A stretch of DNA of 64,000 bases from Octopus vulgaris (GCA_951406725.2 OX597817.1:117676001-117740000), one strand, 5' to 3'; counted from the stretch's first letter, positions 12,730 to 27,681 are shown. Notes: generated by a model not told the origin, from the letters alone. A program made the numbers and translations.

Positions 12730-12900
12730 TCTTTTACTCTTTTACTTGTTTCAGCCATCCGGCTGAGGCCATGCTGGGGCACCGCCCTTTACTATATATA
12801 TATATATATATATCCCAAGGCCTCTTCAGAGATTATAAAGTACAGTTACAGAAGTATAAAATTAAAGTATAAAGTGCAAATATGAATATTAGAGAAGGTA
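12370..12900 (-). mobile_element. PLE-like terminus with a split hammerhead (12573-12834)
   Basis: Minus strand: atct CTGAAGA ggcc...(~225 nt including TA arrays and a SINE tail)...ggct GAGA cagctgta agat. The 3' end faces (TA)n at 12332-12370. Confidence 0.6.
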
Positions 12901-13249
12901 CACATATACAAGAATAAGTACATATACATATATACACTTACATATAAGTGTATATACACATGCACCCCCCCCCACACACATATATATATATATATATATA
13001 TCAACAGACTAACATTTGTTCTTTATTATATATAAATGTCGAAATGTGCATTGTAACATAAAATAAGATAATTTATTTTCTAATGCAGAAACACCGTTAG
13101 AACAGTAGAGATATTGGGTAAATTACCCATACAAGACGAAAAGAATGTCAACAAAGTGCCACGGGACGCATATTCATAGAAGACTCCGGCTGAATGCTTT
13201 ATCATTAAGCTAAACTGCCCGCTGAGAAATTAATTCGTAAATGTGCGGG

Positions 13250-14156
13250 GCTAGGCATTCTGTCTGTGTCTATGACAATTGTTTGTTCATCAGCTGTGGT
13301 GGTGGTACTAGGGTCGTCGGTTACATCTCCTTTGACGCTGGACACGAACTGGTCCCAATCTCTTGCTGTGTCTATTGTACTGGCATGGGATCTGGTTAAT
13401 CTCTTAATATTGCTGTTGGATGGTACATTGCTGGAAATGCGGAGAGCAGGTTAAGTGTCACCGTAGCTTTATAGATGACTTCTCCAGCCTCACTGGACTT
13501 CTATTAATAATATCTACTTCACATTCTCTAGATGTGATTTCTATATTCTCCTATGTATCTTCTAAGCTGTCAGTTTTTGCATATAGACAACATTCTGAGT
13601 AATGCGCTTTTCAGAATTCACATTTTCTATTTCCATGCTAATAACGGAGTTCACTCGGGCCTCTTCTATTTTATTGATTGTTAAGCCATAATTCCTATCT
13701 TGATACATAGTTGTGTTACTTATGGTTTGTTCGCTCTTGTTGACATTGCTGCTATTCATTGATCTATAATCATAACTCTCGTTACTATTGTTCATATCGA
13801 AAATGCTAAATTTACTAGCGCTGTGTGCTGCTATAATTTATGCAAGATTTTTGCTATTAGAAAAATCTAGTTTAAATCTATATTTATATAAAAAAATGCT
13901 ATTAGTATTTACTGTCTTTTGGATAATATTCAGTCGATGCCGAATAAACAATTTTGCTATATTGGATTTTTTTGTTTTGTTTTGTTTTCTTAAGGGAATT
14001 ATATACCCTTCGAAATAGCTAGAGGTGACAACGTTACGGAGGTATGTGTTTCTGTTTCTACCTAAGCCTCTTGTAAAAGTGTGTAACCTATTTTGTTGGT
14101 TCCTATTACGCCATTGAGTTTCGAACCTGGGTTCTCATCGCTAAGGTATTTTTTGA

Positions 14157-14202
<46 letters not shown>

Positions 14203-14757
14203 GAGTGAGAGAGCAGTGCATGCCATCAAAGTGAAACTGGGGTAAAATATACGAAGCCCAGTATACCCATCATGACTACCCGTCTGATAAGGGTACACTA
14301 GGCACATGCATCACAACCATGTGGGCGCGACATGGTGATCTCATATCAAGTTGCAGGTGGGGCCCAGTTAGAATTTTCTTCTGGTCGAGTAACTCATCCC
14401 GCTCAAAAGGTCACTGAATAAGGGCTGTTTAAGGATGTTGACCGAAACAACCATGTTTCCAGAGGTGAATTATTCAAACCGCAAAGAATCCCACTCAACA
14501 CATGGCTATGATGCTCCCCCACTACTTCTGCTCGTTATCAGAGATGAACATATCGTCAGCCACTAAGGGACATGCTCAACTGGTTAAGGTCAAACAACTG
14601 ACAAGAAAATCTCTGGTATTGAGCAGAATATTTGCTGTAGCACATCTTTTATACCAAGACAAAACAATGTACATGATAACACTTCTAATCAGTTAAGGCC
14701 AGAAGCCACGAGAGCCACTGCCTGGTACTGCTATAAAAAAAAAAAAAAATAAAATAA

Positions 14758-14801
<44 letters not shown>

Positions 14802-16100
14802 CATCCAAAAATGCCTTTGGAATGAGAACTCAGGTTCGAGATTTTCCCAAGACACCTAATGAAGGCTGGAGGGTATATCAGACGAAGCGTTGTCTTAATA
14901 ACAAACAGGATGAGGACAAATATCCATAAATTGTAAATAATGTAAATAGTGGCCTGTCTATGCCTGTAATTAGTTTTAAATTAACATCAAGAAAGTTAAC
15001 TGAGTTATGCTCCTCTTCTATTGATTTTGAAAGTCGTATGATTTTTTAAAAAAAACTTTAAAAATTTTTCCTATATTTTTCTGTCTCGGTTTGAAGGCTT
15101 CAACCATGAAAAGTACATCATCTATCTATAGACCCCCTCCTATTTCATGGGCACAATCTGCCGATTCCATAGTTATATCGAACATCTCTGGTCTATCCTT
15201 TCTCACCGAGTACTTATCCTCAAATTTGATAATTACTTTCCTTACCACTAGCATAAAGTCTAACTCTACTCTAGTAAATCTCTAGTCTTTCATACGAAAC
15301 ATTGCCTTGTTTAAGAGGATAGGATTAATTGTAACGTAATAGTTATGTATATTTGCATGAAAGTTACGTTTTTTATCTGGAATTTTAGTAGAACCAGTCA
15401 GTTACCTCATATCAACTAGACCATAGTTTAAGCTTAATGTCATTCCTAAGTGTGATGCATGGTCATATCTATGATATGCTTACTGATCCTACTGAGGTCC
15501 TATTTGAAGGGGCAAATTAGTTTAAGTGTAGGGCTGGTGTAAAAATTAGGTTTACGGTCCTTAAGATGAATTCTAGTGGTTTTAGGTTTGCAAGGTTTAG
15601 TTTTATCTGCTAAATTATAAAACCTTTAGCTTGCAGGTTACGTTGTGTAAGGTTGTTAGGATTTGAAACATTATAACTTTTGGTTATTCGTTTTTTTTTA
15701 GTAGTGTACAGTATTTGTATTGTGTTCAACCGGTTCTTTTTCTTAATCTCCTTAGAGACTGTAGTTTTTGAAGATGTTGATTTTGGCAATATTTGTTAGG
15801 AACTATTTTATAAAGAAGAAACCATTCCTATAGTCGATACTACTTACCTAAATATCTTAATAGGAAATATGTGATGCTGCTGATTTTTCCCTCATATAAT
15901 TTACTCAATGGAGTGATTTATATTCAATGGAATCTGTGTTATGATCTTCTAGGCACTTTTAGATCTGATTTTGCAACATGAAGCAAAATGTTTTCTTTTT
16001 TCACATATTATTATATCTGCAATTTCATGGCAAATTTTCTCTATAGTTAGCTGGCTGAACAACTGTGTAGAAACCATTTCGTTTGTCGAGAATGCGATCT
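13250..16100 (-). pseudogene. Decayed Penelope-like retroelement ORF (reverse transcriptase plus linker), interrupted at 14118-14945
   Basis: Minus-strand translation gives NIHNYYVTINPILLNKAM...FDITMESADCA...GGGL*IDDVLF...VNFLDVNL (15355-14975), matching PLE RT motifs FDI..FYPSI, FDVTMGS.DGAE, GLYRDD and NFLDV. FKLDFSNSKNLA*IIAAH at about 13880-13825 matches the PLE linker. Outer limits are approximate. Confidence 0.7.
14118..14945. mobile_element. Nested repeat with inverted ends, two (TAA)n arrays and a hammerhead-like motif (14849-14896, +)
   Basis: 14118-14200 is the reverse complement of about 14760-14838. Plus strand: aagacac CTAATGA aggctg-gagggtatat-cagac GAAG cgtt gtctt. Body 14515-14640 recurs at 57225-57340. 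Confidence 0.7.
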
Positions 16101-17117
16101 GATAAAAATGTAAAATACCAGTTCACTCTATTCTTTCATACATGAAATAACCATGGGCCACTTAACTATATAAACTGAAACATTAAAGCAGTGATGTAAA
16201 TGAAAATACTATGTATTAACATTTCTTAGTCCTAAACTGAAATTGTTTCAAGGTAGAATTTTTCTTTATTGATTGCTGAAACATAATTATCTTGGATCAT
16301 TGAAAATTACTCTTCTTAACTTCGACACGAATTATACTTCTGCCTATAAAAGAAAATATTGATTTTAATGCTACATTATGCTGATTAAATTCAGCCAATA
16401 AAATATAAAATGTATCCGTGTGATAAAAATTTCAGTCTATTAACTGGAAGTGGCCTCTTAGCTTCTTGTACTGTTGTAAGTAATTTAGCTTCCAACAATA
16501 CTTAAATTATTCCATATTTGTAGTTTTGTTTTCACTGGGATAACATCGATAGTACTTGTCTAACAATCCTTTGGTAAGATATTTTCAATTAGAAAATAAA
16601 TCAGTGGACCTATATGTTTCCAAAATCAATATGAGGGGGAGGTTAATGTGCAGCAATTCTTAAAGAAAAGTATTCGATATCAGTAGCTAGTATTATCTAT
16701 ATATAGATACATAGATGTTTAAATATGTACATATCTATAGTAGCTTGTAATTGAATAATATAAATAAAAAAGGAGGCGAAAATGTAATATTATATCTGCC
16801 AAAATTTAGTTTGAATGCTTATCCGTATTATATCGTTTCAGATAAAATGTTTTCGAAATAGGTTCGATAAAGAAATATGATAACAAATTTACTTTCAAAG
16901 TGAAGGGAAGGTTTGGGCACCTTACATTTACAAACGAACACACTTACACACACGTAAATACATACATATACACAATCACAACACACACACACACACGCAC
17001 ACACACACACAAACGCAAAAAACAAACATACACACACGGAACCACACATACAGACACACAAACACATACCACATGCACCACACGCACACACATGCACACG
17101 AATGTATACATGTACCT

Positions 17118-17161
<44 letters not shown>

Positions 17162-17726
17162 ACATATTTGCATACACGTATGTGTGCGTGAGTGTGTGGG
17201 ATAAGCGTATGAGCGTATTTGGAAGTGTAAATGTAACAGTTTGTATCTGTGTTGGTGAGAAGTGCGTTTCATGTAAGCCACCTTCGGAGGCCCATTAAAA
17301 GGAAATGCCGTAGGGATACAACAGTTCCTACTTAACGATAAGATGTATTCGCTGCATACTTGCGAGTGTATGTAGATGTCAGTATCTATATAAGCAAAGT
17401 ACGTATGATTATTTTTTAAATAAAAGATGGAAAATGTATTAAATTTAAGAAGTGTTTTTTTTACAGAATTTCGAAGCAAATATACTTTTCCTGAATTACT
17501 AATCATTCGGATATATAATGCATCCCGTATATTCTGTTTACACAAGCACATACACGTTTACGTTTAAGCATATGCACAAAGCTACCGCACAAATCACACA
17601 CATATATACACACATATTCACATATTTGTGTATGTCTGTATGGATACACATGTTTATGTTTCATGTGTGTATATAGTTGCATACATTTATACATATGTAT
17701 ATATATATACATACATATGTACATAT

Positions 17727-17760
<34 letters not shown>

Positions 17761-17798
17761 TTACATACATACATATGTACACATATATGTACATATAT

Positions 17799-17860
<62 letters not shown>

Positions 17861-18855
17861 TTACGTATATATTTATGTATGTACATTGATATGCTTGTAT
17901 ATATATATAAATGTGTATATCTATATGTATATGGTTTGTGAGAAAGAATAAGAGGAAGACAGAGAATGTGTATAATATATTGATACTGCATCGAAATTAT
18001 TGTAGGATCACACAATTTTTTTTTTTTTAAATGGAGAATTTCACGTGTTTGAAAGTGACGAGAGCAGCAGCTGTATATATGCAATGGTTAGCGTGTAACA
18101 ATCAAAGCAGTTATCGGTGAAGAGAAATAGGAAGTTGTGAAAAGAATTTATCTCTATATTTCTTGTTTGAATGCTTATTTTGATTTCTATTTTGTAATTG
18201 TTACCTTGATGTTCGTTGCGCATTTGTGTAAGTGTTCATGTGTTTTGAATGAAAAGAAATTTAAATTATTTCATTATTCATATATTGATTATACTTAGGT
18301 ATAATTATCTGATGTTATCTTAATACTAGTAACTTCATTCTTTTTCTCATATTTTTCAACACCATTTCAAATATAACATTCAGATTATGCAATCATTCAT
18401 CAGTCAATGTACCTGTTCTACATCTTTAGTTTTGTGTTAGTGCTTTGTGTTTCTATAAATTTTGTTGCTACATGGCTTTTTAAAATAAACTTTATCATTG
18501 TGAATCTAATCAGATTCTGTTTCATTATTGGCATAACATAATTCAGAAAGCATCTATAACGAATGTTATTGAATCAGGGTTGTTTTAGTCAGTAAAAATA
18601 TATACGCACACACATTGTGTAAGTCTCTCAAACCAATTTTTAGAACGCCGGTTAATAACCATTTCCAATTTTGACTGAACGCCTAAATTTAGGGAGTAGG
18701 AATAAGTCTATGAAATCGACCCAGAGCTCAACTGGTGATTCTTTTATCCCCTCCGAAACTATGAAATGCAATGTCGTTTTCGGTGGAATCTGAACTCACA
18801 ACGTCAAGACGGACTAAATAACCCTAAGCGTTTTGCCCGGCTTGCTAAGAATTCC

Positions 18856-19453
18856 CATTTCTTTACTGCCCACAAGTGGCTAAACATAGAGGGAACAAAC
18901 AAGAACAGACAAACGGATTAAGTCGATTACATTGACCCCAGTGCGTAGCTGGTACTTATTTAATCGACCCCGAAATGATGAAAGGCAAAGTCGACCTCGG
19001 TGGAATTTGAACTCGGAACGTAGCGGCAGATGAAATACCTATTTCTTTACTACCTACAAGGGGCTAAACACAGAGAAGACAAACAAGGACAGACAAACGG
19101 ATTAAGTCGATTACATCGTCCCCGGTGCGTAGCTGGTACTTATTTAATCGACCCCGAAAGGATGAAAGGCAAAGTTGACCTCAGCGGAATTTGAACTTTG
19201 ATCGTAACGGCAGACAAAATACCTATTTCTTTACTACCCACAAGGGGCTAAACACAGAGAGGACAAACAAGGACAGACAAACGGATTAAGTCGATTACAT
19301 CGTCCCCGGTGCGTAACTGGAACTTAATTTATCGACCCCGAAAGGATGAAAGGCAAAGTCGATCTCGGTGGAATTTGAACTCAGAACGTAACGACAGACG
19401 AAATATGGCTACGCATTTCACTCGGCGTGGTAACGTTTCTGCCAGCTCGCCGC
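18856..19453 (-). mobile_element. Nin-type SINE, one head plus three 184-bp bodies, inserted into an older copy (18680-19485)
   Basis: atttctttac recurs at 18857, 19041 and 19225; head ...ctgccagctcgccgcc at about 19440-19453; TSD cttgctaagaattc at 18841-18854 and 19454-19467. Confidence 0.9.
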
Positions 19454-19859
19454 CTTGCTAAGAATTCTGTCAACTTGCAGCCTTACCTCCGTTACTAATG
19501 TTATTGTATTATACCTACTTGCAATTTCAAATTTGCTTCTCTTTCAGTAAAGAAACTATAGCAATTGTTATTTTGCTCTGACTGCAGTGATATTTCCCAA
19601 TTATATACCTTTTTATCTGTCTTGTTTCCTTGGTTGATTCGCATAGGTTTCGCTGAAGTGATCCGCAACGTGTCAAACCTAACAAATTCAGACACGTACA
19701 TCAATTATTTTACTTTATAACTTGACTTCAGTAGCAAATTATATATGTGTACAAGAGGAAATCTTTGGGTATATGAAAAGCAAAATCAATTAGACGAAAA
19801 TTTAAGAGGATATTTACACAGTCACGCATTCCTTGTTTCGTGTACGGATAGACATATCA

Positions 19860-20070
19860 TTTTCTTCTTTCTACTATATGTAAAAGGTCTGAAATTTTCG
19901 TGAAGGGAGCTAGTCGATTATATCGACCCCATACTCGACTGGTACTTATTTTATAGACTCCGAAATGAGAACAAGTAAAGTTGAACTTGGCAGTATTTGA
20001 AATCAGAAGGTAAAGCCGGTAGAAATGCCGTTAAACATTTCTCCGGCGTTCTAACGATTCTGCTAACTGC
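19860..20070 (-). mobile_element. Older Nin-type SINE copy; further old copies at about 24596-24790(+), 32960-33225(-), 34005-34170(-), 46715-46920(-), 63200-63300(+)
   Basis: gtcgattatatcgacccc...ctggtacttatttta...aaagttgaacttggcagtatttgaa matches the family on the minus strand. Confidence 0.75.
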
Positions 20071-20489
20071 TTACTGATAATATTAAATGTTGCATAATGT
20101 ATTCTGAACACAACATTGTCTTTTATTTTCATTTGCAGCAGTTCGAGTTAAGAGAGTCAAATATTTCTAAACGATCAGAACGTGTCGCACAGCTGATGTA
20201 GTCCTAATTTTATTTTGTCTTTACGAACGTCACTGAACCCATTTCCTTTTCTCCTTGCATTTTTGTTTGTGACTATCACCTCTTGCTGGGATATTTCATT
20301 TCAATAATTAATAATTGTTTTTTGGAATTTAGATGTTCAAAATCAAATATAATTTCTAGCAATAAGCGTTTCAGTTTATATTTGAAACTGAAGCAAAGAC
20401 GACAGGCTACATACATTGTACTTATATTTCGTTAACACATTACAGAAAATTTTCAAGCATTCTTGGTTTGCTATTGCAACAGCTGTTGT

Positions 20490-20808
<319 letters not shown>

Positions 20809-23800
20809 TTTAAATATGCAGCAGCAATAGCGCTTGTAATTTTGGGGCCGGTGTTGTTCTTATCTCCAAGTCCAACACTGACTAATCAACCCTAGCAACA
20901 AAAGTGCTTAGTAAACAGTAAATCTGACATTCTTAAGACAGGTCTCGTTGAAGAAGCAGAACAAAAAATTATGAGTTGAAGTATGAAATCATTAGGATAT
21001 GGAAAATAAAGAAACTAAAGTAAATATCAAATCGCAGGAGTATTACAAAATGCAAAGAGGATATCAAAGTAGATTCTGAGAGAAGCTCTAGGAAAAAAGT
21101 TTGCTTTCAGGAAACAGCTAAACTATTATGAAGAAGCATCTGCTATCGGAGCAGAAATGTGACATGTTTATGATGAAACATCCCCAGAAAAAAAGCAAAA
21201 AATATTAATATATGAAAGCCAGATATCCTTCGGCTTATTTGGACTTTTCAGTCACTTGCATATCCAGGATTTGTGGGTTCTTATGGCTGGCTGTGTGTAC
21301 ACGTATTTGAAAAGTTCCTAAGTGGCTGAAATCCATTTCATAGTCTGGGTTGCCGCTGATGGGGTGACTTTTCGTCCCCCTCTAATAGTTATTGTGATTC
21401 TAACTTTGTACTTTCATAAGAGACAATATCTCAAGGAGAATACGGCAGTAACTGGCCTACCGATGGGGTATATATATTAAGTTTAACATATACATGCTTA
21501 TTTTAACTTGATACTGACTCAATTGCATATTCCGGATTTTTATTATGACGGAGGGGCTATCCACAACATCAGTGATCGTTTGTTTTATTCAGTCGTTTAT
21601 ATATGGGAGGTGAAGATTTCTCACCCAGGCATGTGACTTCTATTTCTAGCAGTTCGGAGACTTTGCACCTAAAGTTGTTGCACATGGCTTCCGGCAGATC
21701 TAAACATCCCTAGTTACTTGTTTAATTATGATTTTTGTAATGTGAGTTACTAACAAATATAAGTATACATATAATAAGATAATCTTCTATAGTATGTAAT
21801 CAACTGAATTGAGAATTTAAGTAGATACCAAATCTAAGAAGGATTTGCACATCATGTATGGTGTGCAAATTTCTAGATAAGCATTTATAAACAAGTTTAC
21901 TTGAATTTGAACTGTTTCGTGATTAGGTATGAGGATTGACTTGTATGTGGTTTGCAGGGATACTCAGAACTATCAGTGATTAAATTAGGTCTTACTAACG
22001 CGAATCTACTTTGCTACATAGCATAATCACATATAATTGAATTGAATTTACTATAGATAAATCTGTAGTATATGAGGGAGAAGATTATATGTGAGGAAAT
22101 GAGGACCGATAGATCAACACGGGTGTGCATGTTTCGGCATTTAAATGTAAAATGATACTTATTTGCATATTGCGTACGTATATACTTGTCAGTATGAAGT
22201 TATAAACGCGGATGTATATCTGTGTCTATAAACGAATGTTACATTGGTTATATCGAAATGTCAATAGAAAGCGAAAACTTTTCAATGCAACACTGTAACA
22301 ATTATTTATCTGAAAGCAGTAGGAGAAACCGAATGATTATGAGCACCTCACTCATTCATAATTTTGATCAGTAGACCATGACATTCTTTGTAATGAATAT
22401 CACTTAAGACAGGAAACATTTATACTTGCTACATGCTTTAATGGAGGTTCCAACGTATTACAAACTATCATTAATATCTAGATGTATCTTATAAGAAATG
22501 AGTTGCTGATGCTGAAGAATTCATTTCTGTCATCGGTACCGTTACTGAACATGCATTAACGCTTCATCTATATGTAAGTGTTAAATCACGAAATCGACTA
22601 TTGTAGTTTCAGTTAGAGATGAAAATATTAACGATATCTTCACTCACGCGGAAACGAGCGCTGTCCATTTGAATGCAGAGCAGATTCGCTAATAGTGAGG
22701 TTGAGTACAGAATGAACCTCATGCATTTAATAACATATGCAGCATATATGTCATTTCCTTTCATACAAATATTGAGAATTCCGATGTACAGAAAACGTGG
22801 AAATTCCATATTGTGCCTCTAATGCTACATATTTAACAATTATTTGATGTAATATTAAAGGCCATATTTTAAAAGAAAGGTTAGGTAATTGTTATGTCAT
22901 ACGTAATGTGGTCTGGTATGTTTCATGCATTTAAAATAACTTTACTTTTTGCAATCAAAATCATCAGTCGTTTGCAAATTCTTCGAGAAATATAGGGCTG
23001 GTTCAGATAGTGTAAATCAATTCACATACTCGGCTACATCTCACCCACTCATTAGAGGTTACAGAAGTTTGAAGAATATTGGCAATTTAATGGAAAAATT
23101 ATAAAAAATGGGTCTTATTGTATTTCGTCGATTCCGACAGAGAAACTGCATAAATAGAGGTAAAATATGAGATTATAGATCAGCAAACAGTCTGCTTCAT
23201 TACTTTTAAGCAAATGAAAAGCACATAAGTCGGAACGGATGACAAACAAAGTTTGCTGTGTATTTACAATTATAAACGGATTTAGATTTATACCCCAGAC
23301 AGCAATCAGACAGTCACAGTTGTAAGATTTATTGCTAAAATAAACATTGGTTTATTTCAAGCAAACGCAAATTATATTGTGGCAGAAAGAAACAAACTAT
23401 AGGTAACCAACTACAGATTTTGAAACGCTAACACAACATTGAGGTAATATAGGCTAGCCCGAGAATCTTATAGTGATTCTTCGTGTCATTGCGTCGGCAA
23501 CGCCTTCACATGAGTAGAGAAAAAGAGAAAGAAAAGTGGGAGAGAGAAAAAGAGGGAAGAAGAAGAACAAGGAGAGAGAAGTGTCCATGGCGTGAGGTAG
23601 AGGAAATGTAATTTTAACGCTTTCATGTGATTAGTTGAAGCGAAAGAAAGGAGAAAGTAAAAGGAGAGAGAAAAAGAGGATAAGGCAAAGAATGTGACAG
23701 AAAGTGGGAGAAAGAAAAGGGGGAGAAAGATGCGTCTATGACGTGAAGTAGGGTGAACGTAGTATGTATTACGTGGTTTAAAAAGTCAGGTGAAGGTAGA

Positions 23801-24350
23801 GGAGGAGAGTTAAAAATATAATTTTAGCTCAGGGTTGAATTTCTGATGCTAAGGATAAAGAAAGGCAGAGAGAGTGAGAGAGACGGAGACAGAGACCGAA
23901 GGGAGAGGTGGTGGAGGTGGTGGTGATTAAATAGTGAAAATTGTATGTTTTAAAAATTGAACTAGGTTTTTTTATATCACCTATTACTTAACGCATGCGC
24001 ATAAGCGTAAGTCTCTGAAATATTCACGCTTATTTACGTGGTAGATATATGCAATTTAACTAAAGGTTGTATCATATGTACGGGATATATTTTTATGCTT
24101 ATGGGAAAACTGGAAAAGTAAGTGTGACTATTTATCTTATGAGTGCTGTTTATTAAGTCTATAAAACTGTGCATAAAGTACATAAAGTGTGTATTTAAAG
24201 TACATTAAGTAATCATCGTATTCCAATTTCTTTGCTTTTCAATGAATGGCATATGAGTGACTCCCTTTCCATACAGACACAATACTGGCTACGCTTTCAG
24301 GTTTTTTGGATAAAGTTTTCGGAGATAATGCAATAGGTTTACCATTAATT

Positions 24351-24377
24351 CCGTGAAATATTCACGGGTCCCGCTAG
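24351..24377 (+). mobile_element. Helitron 3' terminus; the element probably extends upstream and its 5' end was not found
   Basis: Hairpin ccgtgaa-ata-ttcacgg, followed 6 nt later by CTAG|T. Confidence 0.7.
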
Positions 24378-26302
24378 TAAATAGTTAAAAACTCAAATAA
24401 AAGTAACAGAAAACAACATGGTTTTATGAAAAAGTATTCCCTATATCGCGAAACTACAATAAATACTGGAAAAAATTAAAACATTAGAAGTTGAACATTA
24501 CTATTCAGAGACGACCCCGGTTTTACTGTGGTGAAAATACCACTGTTAAGTGATTAGATGGTAGTATTTAGTGGTATCGTTATATATCTGGTCAGGTCGG
24601 TGAATGGCAGAATTAGTAGTCTATCATAAAAAAGGAATTGATACCAGTGGCTACGATTTTTACATGGCTTTCACCCAGATGGTGTTGATAAAATGATGTA
24701 CACGTGTGTCGATTAAAGTTGATCAACCGCACCTTGCTTCGAAACGTTGAGGGTGCATGCCTACGTTATATGTAATTACAGTATGACTGATCACCAAGAA
24801 GCAAGTGAGACTCATAACTTAATAATGTGTTGCAAAATGCTTTTGATTTTGTGTCAGAGGAATATTCTCTAACATATTGATTACAAATTTAACTTTAAAG
24901 CAAAAATATATTCACAATACGGCAAACAGTCGAGATTGTTCGAGGTGTCCCCAGTTCATTCGCAAAGTGATGGAAATGGAGAGAGATAAAGATACAGACA
25001 GGGTGAAAGAGAATGAGAGAGTTAGAGATAAACAGTGAAAGAGAAAGATTATAAGATATATTTACATCGCAAAGCAGAATATGTGTGCCAAATATGCATA
25101 TGGGAACTTACCTACGTTATAACCGCACAAACATTTTTATAATAATTTAGTTATTTTATGGGCAAATATATCATGTCAGCGCCAGTCTAATCTTCCATGT
25201 AATTTTTTGGCATAGCTGTAAGATGTTTCCCCTCTATGCAGGATATACATAAGTAAACACACATGAAAATTTATAACATTCCGAAAGTTGTTGCGCATTT
25301 ATCATTTGCTTTTGCACAGAGTGAGAAAGAGCAAGGGAGAGAAAGAAGAAATCAGTTGAGCACTCCTCAGTTTGCTCTGCAGAGAAATAAACAGATGCGG
25401 AGAGGGGGAGAGGGGAGTGAAGGGGAGAAAGAAGGAAATAGAGAATGGGAAAGGCAAGGAGAGAGCGATTTCTGCTATATCCCCAGGGACTACTTACTTA
25501 CTGATGCTGAATGTATGGTCGTAAAAGGTGTGCATGTCAACTTACCCACAATTGCTGTATACACAATTATTCAGCACTAAAATTAAATTATTCACGCAGA
25601 TATGCGAAAGACTGAATGCTCATGGCAGTTTTGCAAATTGCTATAACCTGCTTCGACTTTCTGTTGAACGAAATCGACTACAAAATGTCAATATGACACT
25701 AATAACAAATGGAATTTAAACTAGATTTTCTTTGAGTGAAGTCTTGTTCGCTAATACGTTCTACATAAATGGCATGGCTAAATGCCTGTTTTTCACACAT
25801 ATGAACGTCAAAATACAATTTATTCACACATACGCTGTTTTAGAACTTAGATATCTAAATCTCTACTCTCTACCAGCGCATATATTGGTATGGTTATGAT
25901 TAAAATCACCACCTGGTACTTATAGAATGATGTGTAAGTGATACAATGGGGTTTCATGGCTTTAGGATGAGCACGATTAGATATTACCTATGAGACTGCA
26001 ATAAAAATCCGCAATTAGCCGACCGCCTCACATGTTTGCCTTGCCTGGAGAGAAAGCTAAGATCTGTTTATACTGCATGATTGAATATATGTATATTAAG
26101 AATACGCATGTGGTCTTATTTACAATATATCAGTATTGACGAATATACTTATAGGAAAGTGATTAAAATCAACGCATACTTGGAGCGTATCTGCAAGTAA
26201 CCCGAAACTTCAACATAGAGGGCCAATACGAGCTAATGCTCTTGATGATACGCAGAGTACTCTGTAGTTTAAACATATGCATACTTTTCAAAGTGGCAGA
26301 TG

Positions 26303-26333
<31 letters not shown>

Positions 26334-26814
26334 TGTGTATATGCATGCGTGTGTGTGGTACGTGTGCGTGTCTGTGATATATGTGTGTGTGTGTGTCTTT
26401 CTCTGTGTGTCTATGTCTGTGTTTATGCATATATGTATGTATTTATCAAATTACTTGCTTAAACCCATTACCAATTCCTCCCAAAAGGCTATACTAATAT
26501 TTGAGACTTGATTTTAAAGCCTCTGCAAGTGAATGTACTGATATGCACTTGAGAAAATCATCCGGCAATACACATAGCGTTTTATTTTTAATTCTTTTAT
26601 GTAGTTCTAAATTACTTAATGTTCTTGATGAGAAGATAGTATTTGGTTCCATCTATTCAAGATGTTTATAGTTACTTTCTACAAAGAAAAGTGTGTTGTT
26701 TCGATTTAGAATCTATTTATAAGCGAAAACTGTATGTTTTTTAATGGTTTATATGTTAAAAACCTTCAGGCACCCTCCTACACACGGACGCACATACATA
26801 CACACTCACTTAAA

Positions 26815-26869
<55 letters not shown>

Positions 26870-27681
26870 TGGGTGATACAGCAATAACAATTCGGTTGTA
26901 AATGTAAATGACACACTAGAGTTAAAGTTTTTTAACAGAATTTTATACAAAGTTGAGCGGGCGACTAACATGGAAGAGGGAAGCAAAAGAATTTCAAAGA
27001 AGATTAATAACCTTATGAAAACTACTAATTGTGACCAATGAAGTATCAATAACTTCATAAATCTCTTTGTTCATTGACGTTATTTATAACGAGAACACCA
27101 AATTGACTGAATTTGACAATGTTGAATTTTAGATGTCAATCTCTAAAAGAGTTGTCTCTTAAACGACTAGATTGTATTATGGTTTATAACACTGTGGTTT
27201 ATATAATATAAATGTATTGAGACGTATCTGCTTCCCGATAAAATATCTATTGATCAAAAAGATCTAATGGGATAAGGTTCGTCACCATACTTTGGTGACT
27301 TCAGAATGTCCTGGGTGGGCACTAATTTATAATAATTCTAAAGTGGAGTCACTAAAGTGGAGAAAATCTGAGGGTGCACCATTAAATAGTGAAGGGATAA
27401 TACGCTTAGCGACGGGCATGGATTGGATACGTGCGGATACTCTGATACAGCGAGAATTATAACAAGGGAGCGTTTGATGGAGCTAGTATAATTCAGTCGT
27501 GTAGGATTTTATATCTAGAATAAATTTAATGGGGGTTTCACCTCGGGAAATTTTTGCCTAATCATATGTAAAGTTTTGCGAACTCTAAAATCAGGTGGAA
27601 ATCGGCTAACTATATTACAAACTGATATTATCTAAGATCGTACTTTCAAGCAACAAACGTTTTGATTTCATAATACAAACA

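Noticed and set aside
13562-13795. Asn/Ser-rich ORF as a host gene
   Set aside because: It lies in line with the decayed PLE ORF on the same strand, so it is more likely its low-complexity linker.
18856-19453. CRISPR-like or satellite array
   Set aside because: The 184-bp units have no unique spacers and match a dispersed SINE; the context is eukaryotic.
22480-22700. Protein-like stretch VADAEEFISVIGTVTEH ending at gtaagt
   Set aside because: There is an in-frame stop just upstream, no convincing acceptor and no recognisable family.
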